From Rhizaria sp. SCN 62-66 (lineage: Eukaryota), in contig MEDY01000318.1 in the NCBI GenBank assembly GCA_001724265.1, positions 1-64,000 of the forward strand: 64,000 nucleotides of DNA, given 5' to 3'. Made by a program: the position numbers and the translations under genes. Below are positions 23,595-36,500 of this stretch, in pieces. Each line of letters opens with the position of its first letter. The first letter of the stretch is position 1. Below the pieces are notes generated by a model, which was not told the origin of the DNA, made no database searches, and saw nothing but the letters and a program-made list of their open reading frames with translations.

Positions 23595-26130
23595 TTACTT
23601 CTGCTGCTGCTGCGCCTGCTGCTGCTTGGCCTGATAGTCGGCCACCCACTGGCGGAACATCCCCTGCGCCGCGGCCATCACCCTGGGATCCGCGCCGGCA
23701 GCGCCAGGCATCAACACGCCCGCAGGCGCGGCGCCGCCGGCCATGGCGGACGTCGACCACGACATCGCGTTTGCCTGCGCGGCGGCCTGGGCGGCTGCGA
23801 ACTCGGCCGCGGCGGAGGCGGTGGGGTTCAGCCGGCCCAGCGGACCGCGCTGCGCGTCAGTGAACGTGCCCGGCAGCGGGGCCGTGGCGGCAGAGACAAC
23901 CACAGGCACGGACGCGAAGCCGACAGGGGCGGCAGCACCGGTGCGTGGAGGCTCCGGGATCGCCTTGGTGACGTTGTTGGCGAGTGCGGTGGCTGCCGGC
24001 ATGGCAGCGGCGGCAGAGGCGGCACCTTGCGCGGCCTGAGCGGCGGCGAGCGCGGCTTGACTTTCCGCGGACGGGGGGTTAAGCCGCCCCATCGGCCCAC
24101 GGTCGGCGCCAGGGGTGAAGGCGGTCACGGCGGTGGGGGCCGGGGCAACGGGCGCGGGGACGGAAGTCAAGCCGCCCAGAAGAGGAGCAAGAGAGGGGAG
24201 AGCGATGGGGGCAGCAGCACCAGAGGCCGTCGGCGCAACGGGAGCAGAAGCGGCCACAGCGGTCGCAATCGACTCCTGATTAAAAAAAGCAAAGTCAAAC
24301 CCAATTTCAATGAATTAAGAGCATACATGTAAGGTTATTGCTGCAAAAACCAATAAAAATATAACCTACATGAATCGTTATCACATTAATTCACTTTTGG
24401 GTTTCTAGCAGTTGATATGCGTGAGGTATTGTTGAACAATGTGGTTTTGTGATTTCGATATTTTGTTACGCGTACCTGAAGGCGACCCATAGGCCCACGG
24501 TTGCCACCGGAGAACGGCGAACTGGTGCCCAGCACAGCGTCGAGGTTCACGGCCACGGGAGCGGGGGCCGCGACAGAGGCGAAGCCCGCACTGGCGTTAA
24601 CGGGGCCAGCAGCGAGGGAACTGGGAGGAGGGGGGAAAAGCGAGCGCAGAGACGCAGACAGCGCAGCCTACATTGACACACGCGGACACAATACAACAAA
24701 GAAACAGTAGCCCAGCACAGATGTAGCAGAAACAGACCATGGAGTGACACAAAAAAGCAAATCGGGAAATGAATACAGTGATATTGTGAGCATTTTCCAA
24801 TAAAGTGTTCCAATAACAGAGCCAGAAACACAATTAAATAGCGGAAAATTCAGTCTAAAAGCAAATAAACCGGTAATTATAGCAAGTTTATAGTCAAATA
24901 AAGCGATATAACTCGGTTTTGTAGGGGGGGCTTGGGACGTACCTGAGCAGCAGCGGCCTCAGCAGCAGCGGACGCCTGGGGGTTAAGCCGTCCCATCGGT
25001 CCGCGGTCAGCTCCCGGAGCAAACGCGGTCACGGCCGCGGGGGCCGGGACAGCGACGGGAGCGGATGCGAGACCCGAGAGCAGGGGAGCCAGGGACGGGA
25101 GCGCGATGGGGGCAGCGGCGCCTGACGCGGTGGAAGCAACGGCCGGCGCAGCCGCAGCACCCTGGGGAGGAACCTACGAAGAACGATAGAATAAACGCAA
25201 AATAAAACAAAAGTGGTTGATACATGTGAGAGTTATACAAATGTACATTTTTGACGAGTTTTGTTAAAATAAGAGTGCATATATGTCTTCAAAAGTGAGA
25301 ATCAGTGGTTTAGGGCTCGGGCGTACCTGAAGACGGCCCATGGGACCACGCTCACCGCCCGAAAACGGCGACGCAGTGCCCAGCACAGCGTCAAGATTCA
25401 CCGCAGCAGGAGCCGGAGCCGCGACTGATGCGAACCCACCGGTGGCGCCGATCGCGACAGGAGCAGCAGCACCAGAGCCGAGAACTAGCGGGGTCGTCAC
25501 CGGAGCAGCGGCGGCAGATGCAGCGTTCGCGACCATGCGGCCAACAGGTCCACGGTCAAGCGTGTCGAGATCGCGGACAGGCTCAGTGGGCACGCTCACG
25601 GGGACAGACGCGAAGCCACCGCCGCCGTTGACCGCGGCGCCGGGGTACGGCGCCGAGAGAGCGGGCTGACCGGGAACCACGAGGTTGGGCATCGGGGACG
25701 CGCGGGCGTCGGCGATTGCCTGCTGGAGAGCGGCAATTTCGCGGGCAAGGTGCTGCATGCCGTTGGACATCGTGGTCACGGCGGCAGCGCTGCTCTTGTC
25801 GGCGACTTCGGCCGCCAGAGACTGCGCGAGACCGGCTGCTGAGACAGTCGCGACAGCAGTAGTGGAGCCCGAGGCAGTCGCAGGAGTATCCTCAGAGTCG
25901 AGGTCAGCGTCAAGGTCCTGGGTCTGGCTCTCGGCAAGGGAGAGGAACGATGCGCTCTGCTTCGCGGGGGCATGCTCCTCAGCGGCGGGGAGCGGGGGCA
26001 AGGCGTCGGCGAGAGAGGGGAGATCCATGACCTCGCTCTCGAGCCTGAGCCCGACGAGCCGTACCTGTGCCGCCGCGAAGTGGGCGGACAGGCACGACAG
26101 CACCGTCACAAGAAGAACTAAACGAAGCAT
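23595..26130 (-). CDS. Secreted Ala/Pro-rich protein with six RGP(M/V/L)GR(L/M) repeats, function unknown
   Basis: Exons 25327-26130, 24943-25173, 24476-24667 and 23595-24275, all joined by phase-0 GTACG..AG introns (635 aa). Signal peptide MLRLVLLVTVLSCLSAHFAAA. Stop TAA. Confidence 0.8.
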
Positions 26131-26708
26131 TGCGGCTCCTATAGTCCTTCTCACTTGTGAGGTGGAAAAGCAGGAGCAGGGTGGGGCAGGCAGGGGCGGG
26201 GAAGGGAAGCGAGCAGAGGTGAGTTGGTGAGTGCAAGAGACGACACAGATTGAGCTACTTGAAAGTATAGATAGCGTCAAAAGAGAGTGTCTTCACAACA
26301 CGTTATTATCCATATCTGTTCATATTCATAACAATTTTCAAAAGTTATCTTCACGCTGTTAGTCGTTCACTGACCCCTCGACAAGTTGATCCCACTCCTC
26401 CTTTCTGGAGTTGGTAGCACGCCGATTTTTTCGGAACCATGACTAACCGACGGAAAACGCAAACAGGACGATATAGCAAGCCAGACCACAGCAGTTTTAG
26501 AAATATCTTTGTATGGCAGTTAGTAATACAACAGTCGACACGTCTTATAATAAATTCATTTCCTTTAACGCAGCCACCTTTCACCACAAAATATGATCCA
26601 AAACCGAAACCACCGGCCAGATTTGACTCAAACTCTTCTTGCTTGACTTTGATGTCATGTTGACCTTATCATTCCTTTCTTCCTCTTCTCATAAACTGCT
26701 TCTACAGC

Positions 26709-29700
26709 TCAGCCACGAACAATGTGCGAGGCGAGGTGCTGCAGCGACAATCCGCCAACAGCATCTTCGACAAGTGCGTTCTTGAACCAGGCGTCCTCGG
26801 GCTCATCCTCCTTGACAATATGCACCTGTAAACAAGCAATAACAAAAAAAGAAGAAGAATTAAACGTGAGATTTGAAGCACATAATAAGCTCAATCGAAG
26901 CAGAAAGCAATGAGAAAGATACCAAATCAAACATATCACACATAATGTGGAGCTAAATGCGAGACTTGTGGAATTTGGGGCGTACCTCCTGGTAGTAGGG
27001 CGAAAGCCGGCGCAGATAGTCAATCAGTGCGCGCAACCGTGCCGCGTGCGAGCGCGTGTCCTCCGCGGGCGGCGCACGCAGGCGGAGCACCTTGCCGGGG
27101 TACGCCGAGACGTCCGTCATGCCGAAAAGATCGTTGAGAATTGCAGGATTCACAGCGCGACCGATACGGAGGATGAAATCGATGCCGTTGTCGACCAAAT
27201 ACACGCCCTCAGGGGAAATGTGCTCGATCGACAGTCCAACCTCGGCCGGCAGCAACAGCTCGCCCGCGTTGGCGGCCGAGTCAGTGGACGTGTTGGCAGC
27301 GGCGGAGGCGGAGGAGATGACGCATTCGTCACCGGCGAACGCGTGGATGGGCAGAACACGTGGGCGCGCGTATGACTCGAGCTCGACGAGACCCATCGCC
27401 ATGACCTTGTACAGCGCCGCGCAACGGGGGTCTGGCCGGGACAGGTCCTACAGTGAATGCGACGGAAAAACAAAGCCAAACGAAGATATCAGCATGAGGC
27501 AACATCAAATACCGGTAGAAATATAGAAAATACATCACATTGGAGAATATATCTGCATGGAGGTGGTATTATCAAGATAGATAGAGTGAAAGACGTACTT
27601 GGCGGAAGGCATCGGACTTGAGCATACCAAGCAGCATGACCGACAGCGGCCCCAGAGTGCCATAATCATACGTATTCGCATTGCCGACCATCGTCCGATA
27701 TGCACGGAGGATGTTCACGACGCGGTGCAACAGCTGTGTGCGTGCCTTGACGACACCGAGAGCCAGCGCGTTGGCGACAGCCTGCTTGGACATGAGGTTC
27801 ATCGCCGCGTTGACGTTGGTCGCGTCCATCAAAGCTTTGACGGAGTGGATAACGGGCAGAGGGATGGTCAGAACGCGGATGCGACGCTCGCCGAACGCGG
27901 ACGTGTACAGAACACCAGCCTATATATCAATCGAGCCATTATTACAACATAATGAGACCAGAGATGAGTGGAGACAGTGAAATGAGAAGATCACAGAAAA
28001 AGTAGATATTGCGAGATATCATGACATTGCAATGAAACAAAAACATTAAATGAAGCTAGAAAATAAACAATTTTCTTTAGAGGTCGTAGGAATATAGAAA
28101 CGCGGATATTAAAAACGACGTACCTGGACGTAGGAAGCGCGGAAAGGCAGATCCGTATCATCGACACCGAGCTCCAGCGTCAGCGAATGGTCGCACGACA
28201 CGTGCGGCAACACGATGAGGTCGTTCGAGCGGAGCGAAAAGTTGCCATAGATGTCCGCGATCGCGACAAAACGGCTGGCGCGGACGCGGATGACGGTCTC
28301 CCAGCAAGAGGGGCGCTGCAGAGAGCGTTCGAGAGTTTTCGCCAATTTGACCGGCGCCGTGGGGGGGATGAAGTGCATCTCACCACCCGTGTAGATCGGG
28401 AGATCGTTCAGCGAGGACACGTCAGTGTACGTTTGCCCGGCCGATAAGTACACATCCACGCAGATCTGGGCGCGGGAGAAAGTCAGCGCGAGCCACTTGT
28501 ACCATGGGATCTGCGACCGGTACAAGGGAAGCTCGTCGTCAGCTGTCTTCCGGACAGTCGTCGTTTCGCGGTTGACCAGGCGGCCGGGCGGAAGCGTCGG
28601 CAGGCCTGAGAGGAACGAGACGATCTTTCCGCCGTATGTTGCCACGATCTTGGCCGCGACGCAAAGGGCGGCTCCGTACGCAGTCTCCATGTCTGCCGTG
28701 ACGCCGCTCGAGTGCATCGTCGGCAGCTCTTGCAAGAGGCACCGCGTGGCGTCGCGGCACGCGTCGAGCGAGACGCAGAGCCCGTCGGGCACCGGCAGCC
28801 TCGCCCCCGCCAGGAGCTGGGCGAGCGTCGGCGTCACGGGCTTCGCCCCCGCGCTGCCGCCCGCAGCGGCGGAGCCGGGGGCGGGGGGGGCAGGCTCCTT
28901 GAGGTGGAAGTCGTCAGTGTTGGCGATGACGTGCATGTGCGGGTACGCGGCGCCGGGCTGCATCTCGTACACGTGGACGGCGCTGTCGAAGGTCACGAAC
29001 GCGACGCGGGCGCGCTTGCTCTCACGGCCGTACAGCGAGTCCAGGCTCTCATTGATCGTCTTCGCGATGACGGCGAGAGTGCCCGAGCGCTGCGCACCCG
29101 CGGAGACGTCGATGACAAAGACGTACGTCGGAGGCATCGGAGGCCGGTTCTTGGCGGCGAAGTAGTCCTCGGGAGCGTCGACCTCGTACGCACCAGTCAC
29201 GAGCTCCGGCCGCGCCGCGAGGTCCGTCCGCACGCCGTTGGCGTCCAAGGGGGCAAAGTAAGTACTCGGGACTTCGTTGTTGCGTCCGCAGAAGTTACAC
29301 CGCCACGAAGCGCCGCCGTCGACGAACGTGACGTACGGGTTGATGTAGGCGCGGCAGCTCGTCGTGTTGCAGCGGATCACCGTGCCGCCGTAATTAACGA
29401 CGGGCAGCGGCCCCGCGCCGGGCGGCGGCTTGGCGAACGGCCGGACGACGAGGCCGAACGGAAGCTGGGAGCGGGCCTTGAGCGTCGCGTTGCCGGGGGC
29501 CGCGTTGACCGTGGCACACATGTACTTCGGGTGGCACGGGGACGCGTACGAGGGCAGGGGGGGCTCGTTGCAGGCTGGCGCGGTGGTGGGCAGCGGGCCG
29601 GCCAGGTCCTGCGGCCCTTGCGGCTGCATGGGGGGAAACTGCTGTTGCTGCGGCTGCTGCGGCTGTTGAGGTTGGCCGCCCATAGTGGGAGGTGGGGGAA

Positions 29701-30663
29701 AGCCGGGGCGGGCGGCGGGGGCGCCAGGGAGCGACTGCGCCGAGAAAGGGTTCGGCGCATTCAAACCAGGAGCAGCGGCAGCAGCGGCAGCGGCGGGGGC
29801 GGCGGGCATGCCCGGCATCGGGGGCATAACGTTGGCTGACGCGGGCATCGGGGGAAACGCGTTGCCGGCGGGGGCGGAGGCGGCTGAGGGGGCAGGAGCG
29901 AATGCGTTGAGGTTAGGCATCTGCGGCATGCCAGGAAGCTGAGAGGTGGCGGCCGGGGCGGCCGGGGGGGCGGCAAAAGGGTTAGCTCCAGCTGCGGGGG
30001 CGGGAGCGGCGAACGGGTTAGCAGCGGCAGCGGCAGCAGGGGCGGTGGCGGCAGCGGGTGCGGCAATAGGGGCGGGGGCAGCGAAGGGGGCTGGGGAGGG
30101 GCTGGGGCGGCGAAAGGGGCTGGGGCGGCTCCAAACGGCGCTGGGGCAGCGGCAAAGGGGGCCGGGGCAGCGAAGGGCTTCGGAGCGGCGGGGAGAGCGA
30201 AGGCGTTGGCAGGAGCGCCGAAAGGATTCGCAGCAGCAGCAGCAGCAGCAGGAGCAGCAGGAGCGGCGGGGGCGGGGGCTGCGAAGGGGGCGGCTGGGGC
30301 CGCGAACGCGCTAGGGGCAGAGGGAGCGCCGAAGGGGTTGGGTGCGGCGCCAAAGGGGGCCGGGGCCGCGAAAGGAGCGGGGGCAGCGCCGAAAGGAGCA
30401 GGAGCAGCGGCGGCAGCGGGGGCGGGGGCGCCGGGAAAAGCGCCGAAAGGGTTGCTGGCGGCAGGGGCGGGGGCAGCAGCGACAGGCGCGGCGAAAGGGA
30501 CAGCAGGAGCAGCAGCGGCAGCGCCGGGAAAAGGCGCGGCAAAGGGGTTAGGCGCGGCGGGGAAAGCGCCAGGAGCAGCACCGGGGACGGCGGCCGGGGG
30601 CGCGAAGGTCGCGAACGGGTTGCCCATGGCGCCGGGCGGGGGGACTCCGCCGATGCCAGACAT
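26709..30663 (-). CDS. SEC24: COPII cargo adaptor Sec24 (apparent frameshift near 30097 in the Pro/Ala-rich N-terminus)
   Basis: Exons 28124-30663 (with frameshift), 27599-27919, 26986-27447 and 26709-26825. Zn finger RC..SCRAYINPY..WRCNFCGRNNEVP, vWA YVFVIDVS, AGVLYTSAFGERRIRV, gelsolin-like GVYLVDNG and terminal LVED..LQHL. Stop TGA. Confidence 0.95.
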
Positions 30664-31329
30664 CTGCGGCAGCGAAGCAAGTGATGTAAGGGATTAATTT
30701 AGGATAGAAAGATATATAATAAACGGGGATGTCTAAAAATAGTGGGTGATTGACGGAGTAGTGATGTTGTGTTGTGGGACAGAGAAGAAGTGGTACGTGG
30801 GAGATTCGGGGTGTTGGGCAACGTCTTAGAGCGGATAAGAGACCAGATTTTGGGAAGATCTCGAACTCTGTTTGAAAACAAAAGATGAAGAATAAATAGA
30901 ACGCACACCGCTCTACCTGCTTATACCAAGACCAGGGATAAAGACGCGGTGTGCAGCGCATAACAGGACGAACGAGATCGGGGTCACGCCAGGTCCAGAG
31001 CAGACTGATGACCGAGCAGCAGGCAAAAACAATTTTTCGGAACCGCGCGAGTTTACCTGCCGAATCAGTCCTTCATGTTTCACGTACAACAACTCCGTTG
31101 TCGTATAATGACCGATATTATCGATTTTACAAGTTCTTAGGGAAATAACCCATGCCTGTCTATTGCTGACTTTATTAATATGTCTTGCCGCGTTTGTTGT
31201 GGGCGCCACTGCTACCTCCGGATTAGCACATTTCCGCTTGCCACCAACGTGCTCACTTCACAATCTTCCCAACTTACACAGCATCTTATCACTCTCTTTT
31301 TTTTTCTTCCCCGACAACCCAGAGTCTCC

Positions 31330-33267
31330 ATGGCGACCGCGTACGACGCTTCCGAGGTTCTCGCGACGCTTCTCACCAAGGTCACGACCGCGCCCCAGGT
31401 TAACTCCACCGCCGCCGACGGCAGCCGCAAAGAGTACTTGACTTCTCAAGCTGTTGCGACTATGCTCGACGAAGCTGACCCGCTTAAGAGGTTCCGCGGC
31501 GACTTCCACATCCCTCCCCGTGACCTTACTACCCCCAAGCCTGACAACACCACCGCTGATAACAACAACAATAACAACAACGCTGGCGCTGCCGCTTGCG
31601 CTGCTTCTGCTGATGATGCCAGTGCGGACTGCGTTTACCTCTGTGGCAACTCTCTCGGTCTCCAACCCCGCAACACGGAGCGCTATCTGGTTGAGGAGCT
31701 CAGCAAGTGGCGCACTATGGGCGTCGAGGTACGCCCACCACACAAAAATCCTAATAGCATATCTCACAACCTTAGCAAATCAAACTCTACAACGTCACGT
31801 GTGCACTTGCCTATTACATTATATTTAAACATTCATCTTACGACTTTGTGATATACCTTGTCAAATTTCTTATTTTGTGGCTTTATTTCAGGGTCATTTC
31901 CGCGGCTCCCGTCCCTGGGCGACCGTGGACGAGCTTGTCACCGGTCACTCTGCCGCCATCGTGGGCGCCGCCTCTTCCGACGAAGTTGCCGTCATGAACT
32001 CTCTCTCAGCCAACCTGCACTTGCTGCTGACGTCCTTCTACCGTCCCACTGCGGCTAAACATAAAATCCTCATCGAGCATGGTGCGTTCTGCAGTGACTA
32101 CCACGTTGTCAAGTCGCAAATCCAACTCCACGGTTACAACCCTGACACGGCATTGCTCACAGTCACCCCCCGTGCTGGGGAGACGTTTGTGCGCACAGAG
32201 GACGTGCTGCTGTTTCTGGAGACGCATGGCAGTGAGATCGCAACGGTTCTGCTTCCCGGCGTCCAGTTCTACACCGGCCAGGTACGCTTTTTAATGCTTT
32301 TTTAAAACATATATTAAAGTATATTATTTGATATAATATGCTAAAATATATCTTTATTGATCAAAATCATTGGACTTTGTGCTTATCTTCAACTATGACG
32401 CATTTCGTGTTCTTCTTTCTCTTCGTACTTCGATATCACAAATAGGCGTTCGACATCAAGACCATCACGGCCGCTGCCCACGCCCAGGGCGCTCTGGTGG
32501 GCTGGGACTTGGCCCACGCCGCCGGCAACCTTGAACTCCGTCTCCACGACTGGAACGTTGATTTCGCAGTCTGGTGTAGCTACAAGTACCTCAACTCTGG
32601 CCCCGGGTCCATTGCGGGCGCGTTTGTCCACGAGAAGCACCACGATACTCCGCCCCGCGAGCTGCCGCGTCTCGCCGGCTGGTGGGGGCAAGAGCTTAAG
32701 GACCGCTTCGGCATGTCCCCCGAGTGGGTGCCGAAGCGTGGCGCTCAGTCATGGCAGCTCTCCAACCCGCCCGTTGTCGCTGTGGTCTGTCTCCAGGCCG
32801 CGTTGGAGGTCCACGTCCGCGCCACGCAATCCGAGCTCCGCGAGAAGTCACGCCGCCTCACGGCGTACCTCGAGGCGCTGCTGAGCACTGAATGCGGTGT
32901 CTGGAGCAGTGAAGACAGCGCGGACTCGGACCCCAACGCCGCCGCTGCGTCCGCGTTTGACCTCACGGCAGTCATTTCTCCCGGCTACGATCAGGGCGAG
33001 AGTGAGCTTGCGCGGGCCAATCTCGCTCCGGGAGCGCCCGTGCGGATCCGCCAACTCACCCCGCGCAACCGTGAGCAGCGCGGATGCCAGATCTCGCTGC
33101 TCTTTTCGGTCCCCGTCAAGCCTATCGCGGATGCACTGGTGGCCGAAGGCATCGTGTGTGATGAGCGGAAGCCGAATGTGCTGCGTGTTTCGCCCACACC
33201 GCTGTATAACTCGTACTCGGATGTGCTGCGGTTTGTGCGCGCGCTGAAGCGGATTATCCGGGCGTGA
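31330..33267 (+). CDS. KYNU: Kynureninase (PLP-dependent)
   Basis: Exons 31330-31728, 31892-32281 and 32446-33267. Motifs YLCGNSLGLQP, EVAVMNSLSANLHLLL, PGVQFYTGQ, GWDLAHAAGN, WCSYKYLNSGPG, RLAGWWG and RVSPTPLYN. Stop TGA. Confidence 0.97.
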
Positions 33268-33522
33268 GTGGAAAAACACTCACTTTCACCTCTGTGACAC
33301 TGATGTCCATGTAACGATTTAGCGAGAGAGAATGCTCATGCTTTTATCGCATTGTGGAGAGGGCCAATGTGCGTTTGCATTAGTGATCCTATTTAAAACA
33401 ATCAATAGACAATTGTAACGATTTTAACGAGAAAGGAATTAGTCTATGTATTGATGTTAGATGCTATTTAATGTTATGATAAGGTAACCGTCAGTTTTGA
33501 TGTTGGGAAATCTATGTTTGGT

Positions 33523-36500
33523 TTATAGTAGTTTGCGGACGAGGTTCTTGTGCATGCGACGTAGTGTCTCATTTTCCTCAAGCAACATATCACGCTGTGC
33601 AGTCAGTGCCATCACTGGCGACGACTCGTGCGAGCGTTCATAGACAGCGGAGGAGCTGCGTTGTGGACTGACATGACTGTGTGTGTGTGAAGTGTTCGTG
33701 TTACTGTTGTTGTTGCTGTTGTTGCTCTTGGCAACGGCGCCAACACCACCGCGAAAACTCATGTGGTTTTGGCTCATATGACTGTGGTGCGCAGAGTGTC
33801 CGGCTCTAAAGCCTGATTGATACACTGCCTGTGCATGCGCATGTGCTGCAGCTGTAGCAGCAGCGGCTGCTGAGTTGTCGTCGTAGTCACTGTCCGCGAT
33901 GCCACTGGTGTTGTGTGCATTCACAGCACGGGAGCTGCTGCTGCTGTTGTTGTTGTTGTTATTGTTGTTGTGCATTTGACGCGTCGGCGTTTGTGGCACA
34001 GCGTACGCGCTGTGGCTGATGTTGCTATTGTTTACATTATTCGCGTGAACAGGGGTCGCAGCAGTGCGCAAGATAGGACTGACAGGCTCATATGCATAGG
34101 AAAACACGTCATGCTTGAACACACTGTTTCCCGAAGGTTGTGACTGGTGTAACGGTTGCTGTTGCTGCTGATGCTGCTGGTGATAGAGTGCAGTCACTTC
34201 GCGCATCGCACGTTCACGCGCCGCAGAAGCAATCTGGCTCTCAGTCGCCGAGGCCTCACTTTGAAGTGAGGCGGCTTGACTTTGAGCCGCAGCCAGCTCA
34301 GCCTTAACAGCGTCCACCGCAATCTTCGCAGTGGCAGCTTCAGTCTTAGCGGCGCTCGCTTCAGCCTTTGCAGCATCAGCTTCACTGCGGGCCAATGCGA
34401 GTGACTGGCGCTCGACAGTTAGCGCAATCCGCTCCGCCGTGAGCGCGTCTTGCGAGGTCCGCAGTAACGCGGCAAGCGCGGCGGCCTCGGTCTTGCCTTG
34501 GTCGGCGCGGGCGGCATCGCTGGACTGTGCCGTGGCAAGCTGTGCAGTGAGGGAAAGACACTTGGACTCTGAGGCTAAGTTCTTTGACTCGAGATCCAGG
34601 CACTTAGACTGCAACTGAGCACACTTTGCCTCAGCTGCCGCATATTTGGATTCAAGCGCTGAAAGCTTGAACACAGCGTCGTTGTACTTCGACTCAAGAG
34701 TAGAGCACTTAGCGTCAAGGAAAGAGTACTTAGATTCAAGTGCGGAGTACTTAGAGCGTAAATGCGCTTCCGTCTCTGCTGCTGCTTCTGCAATCTCAGT
34801 CGCACGCCCCTCGGCACGAGCCACCGCTGCCGCTGCTGCCGCTGCCGCAACTCCACTACGACCCGCCGCAGTGCGAAACTCATCATTCTCACCCCGCACA
34901 ACATCTAGCGTCGCCTTGGTCGCTGCGAGAGTTGCCGCAGTTGCGTTCAAGTTCGCAGTCGCTGTCTCGAGTTGAGCCATCGTATCGTCAAGATGAGCCT
35001 TTGTTTCATCAAGCTGCGCAGTCGCGTCGTCAAGCTCTGCCTTGGTCGCTTCGAACACATCCCTTGATGCCCGCAGCGCACTGATAGCAGCGGCAGCCTC
35101 AGCATCAGCGCGCTGCGCCTGCGCGCGCACTGCCGCGCTCTCACTCCCCGCGGCCGCCAGCGCAGTCCGCAGCTGCTGCAGTTGCGCGACCGCAGCCGCC
35201 AGCCTCTCGCGGGCCTCCTCAGCATCCGCAGTCGCTGCAGCGGCTGTGTCAGTCGCAGCGCCGGTCGCACCACGCGCCGCCACAGCAGTTGCCGCCGCGG
35301 TCTCTGCCTCCGTCACAGCTGCAGCGGCGGCAACAAAAGCCTCGGCGGCCGCAGCTTCGCTCTGACGCAACGCGGTCTGACTTTCAGCAAACGCAGCCTT
35401 GCTTTGCGTCAACGCGGCTTGACTTTCAGCCAGCGCGGCTTGACTTTGCGTCGCCCACGCCTCCGCGTCGACAGCGCGTGCCTCAGCCTCCGTGACCCTG
35501 GCGTTCGCCGCGGCCGCCGCTGCAGTCGCCGCGGAGGCCGCAGCAGTCGCATCCGCAACGCGCGCTTCTGCGCCTTCACGCCGCGCCTCTGCAGCCGCAC
35601 ATTGCGCCGCGCATTGCGCCACGCACGTAGCCAACGCTTCCTCCGCGGCCACAGCGCGCGCAGCGAGGACGTCGCACTCGCCGTCGCGGGCAGCGGTCAG
35701 CGCAACAAGACTCTCGTTAGCAGCGGTACGCGCGCTGTGGCCACGCAAGGACTCTTCTGCAAGCGCGGCTTGACTTCGCGCCAGAGCGGCCTGACTTTGA
35801 GACAAGTCGGCCTGCGTGCGGGAAAGTGCGGCTTCGGTCTGCGCGCTCAAGGCCTGGATTTGCGCAAGCGCAGCTTGACTTTGAGACAACGCGGTCTCGC
35901 ACTGAAACAAACGCGTGCGCGTCTCACTTAACGCCGCCTCAGACTGGGCGCACGCGGCCTGACTTTGTGCCACCGCAGCTTTGCTTTCAGCGAGTTCAAC
36001 CTCCTTTGCTTGAGCATGCTTCACAGCGTTCTTGAGCTCGCTTTGTGACTCTTGCAGCAGCGATTGAGCTCGGCAGAGCTCGCTCTCACGCTCAACACAC
36101 GTAGCCTCACTCTGCTTCAGAGCATCTTCAGCCCGCGACAACGTATCGCACAACTTTGCACACTCAGTCTTCGCAGCGGCGGCCTCGCCATGCGCTGCTG
36201 CAATTGCAGAGTCCGCTGCAGCGGCTGCAACGCCACCGGCGCGCCTGACCTCAGCCAGTTCCGCGAGCGCTGCCCGTGTCGCCGCTGATGCCGCGGACGC
36301 CTCGATACGCCCTTCGCGCGCGCCCGCCGCAGCCGTGTCAGCAGCAGCCTCCGCGGTGTTGCGCGCTGTCACAGCTGCGGCAAGCGCAGTCTCAACCTCG
36401 ACAAGCGTGGTCTCAGCAGCGAGCTTAGCGGACTCTGCAGTAGCTTTGCCGTCGATAGCGGCGTCGCGTGAGATCGCTAGCGCACTGCACCGTGCCTCCG

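Noticed and set aside
5109-30663. Functional cluster of secretory-pathway genes (Canopy-like, lectin-cornichon, SEC24)
   Set aside because: They are interspersed with unrelated genes on both strands, so chance is adequate without synteny data.
32443-32445. In-frame TAG just upstream of exons (also 4004-4006, 11657-11659, 22240-22242, 24668-24670, 25174-25176, 27448-27450 and 27920-27922)
   Set aside because: These are 3' splice acceptors at the end of AT-rich introns and were not counted as evidence for recoding.
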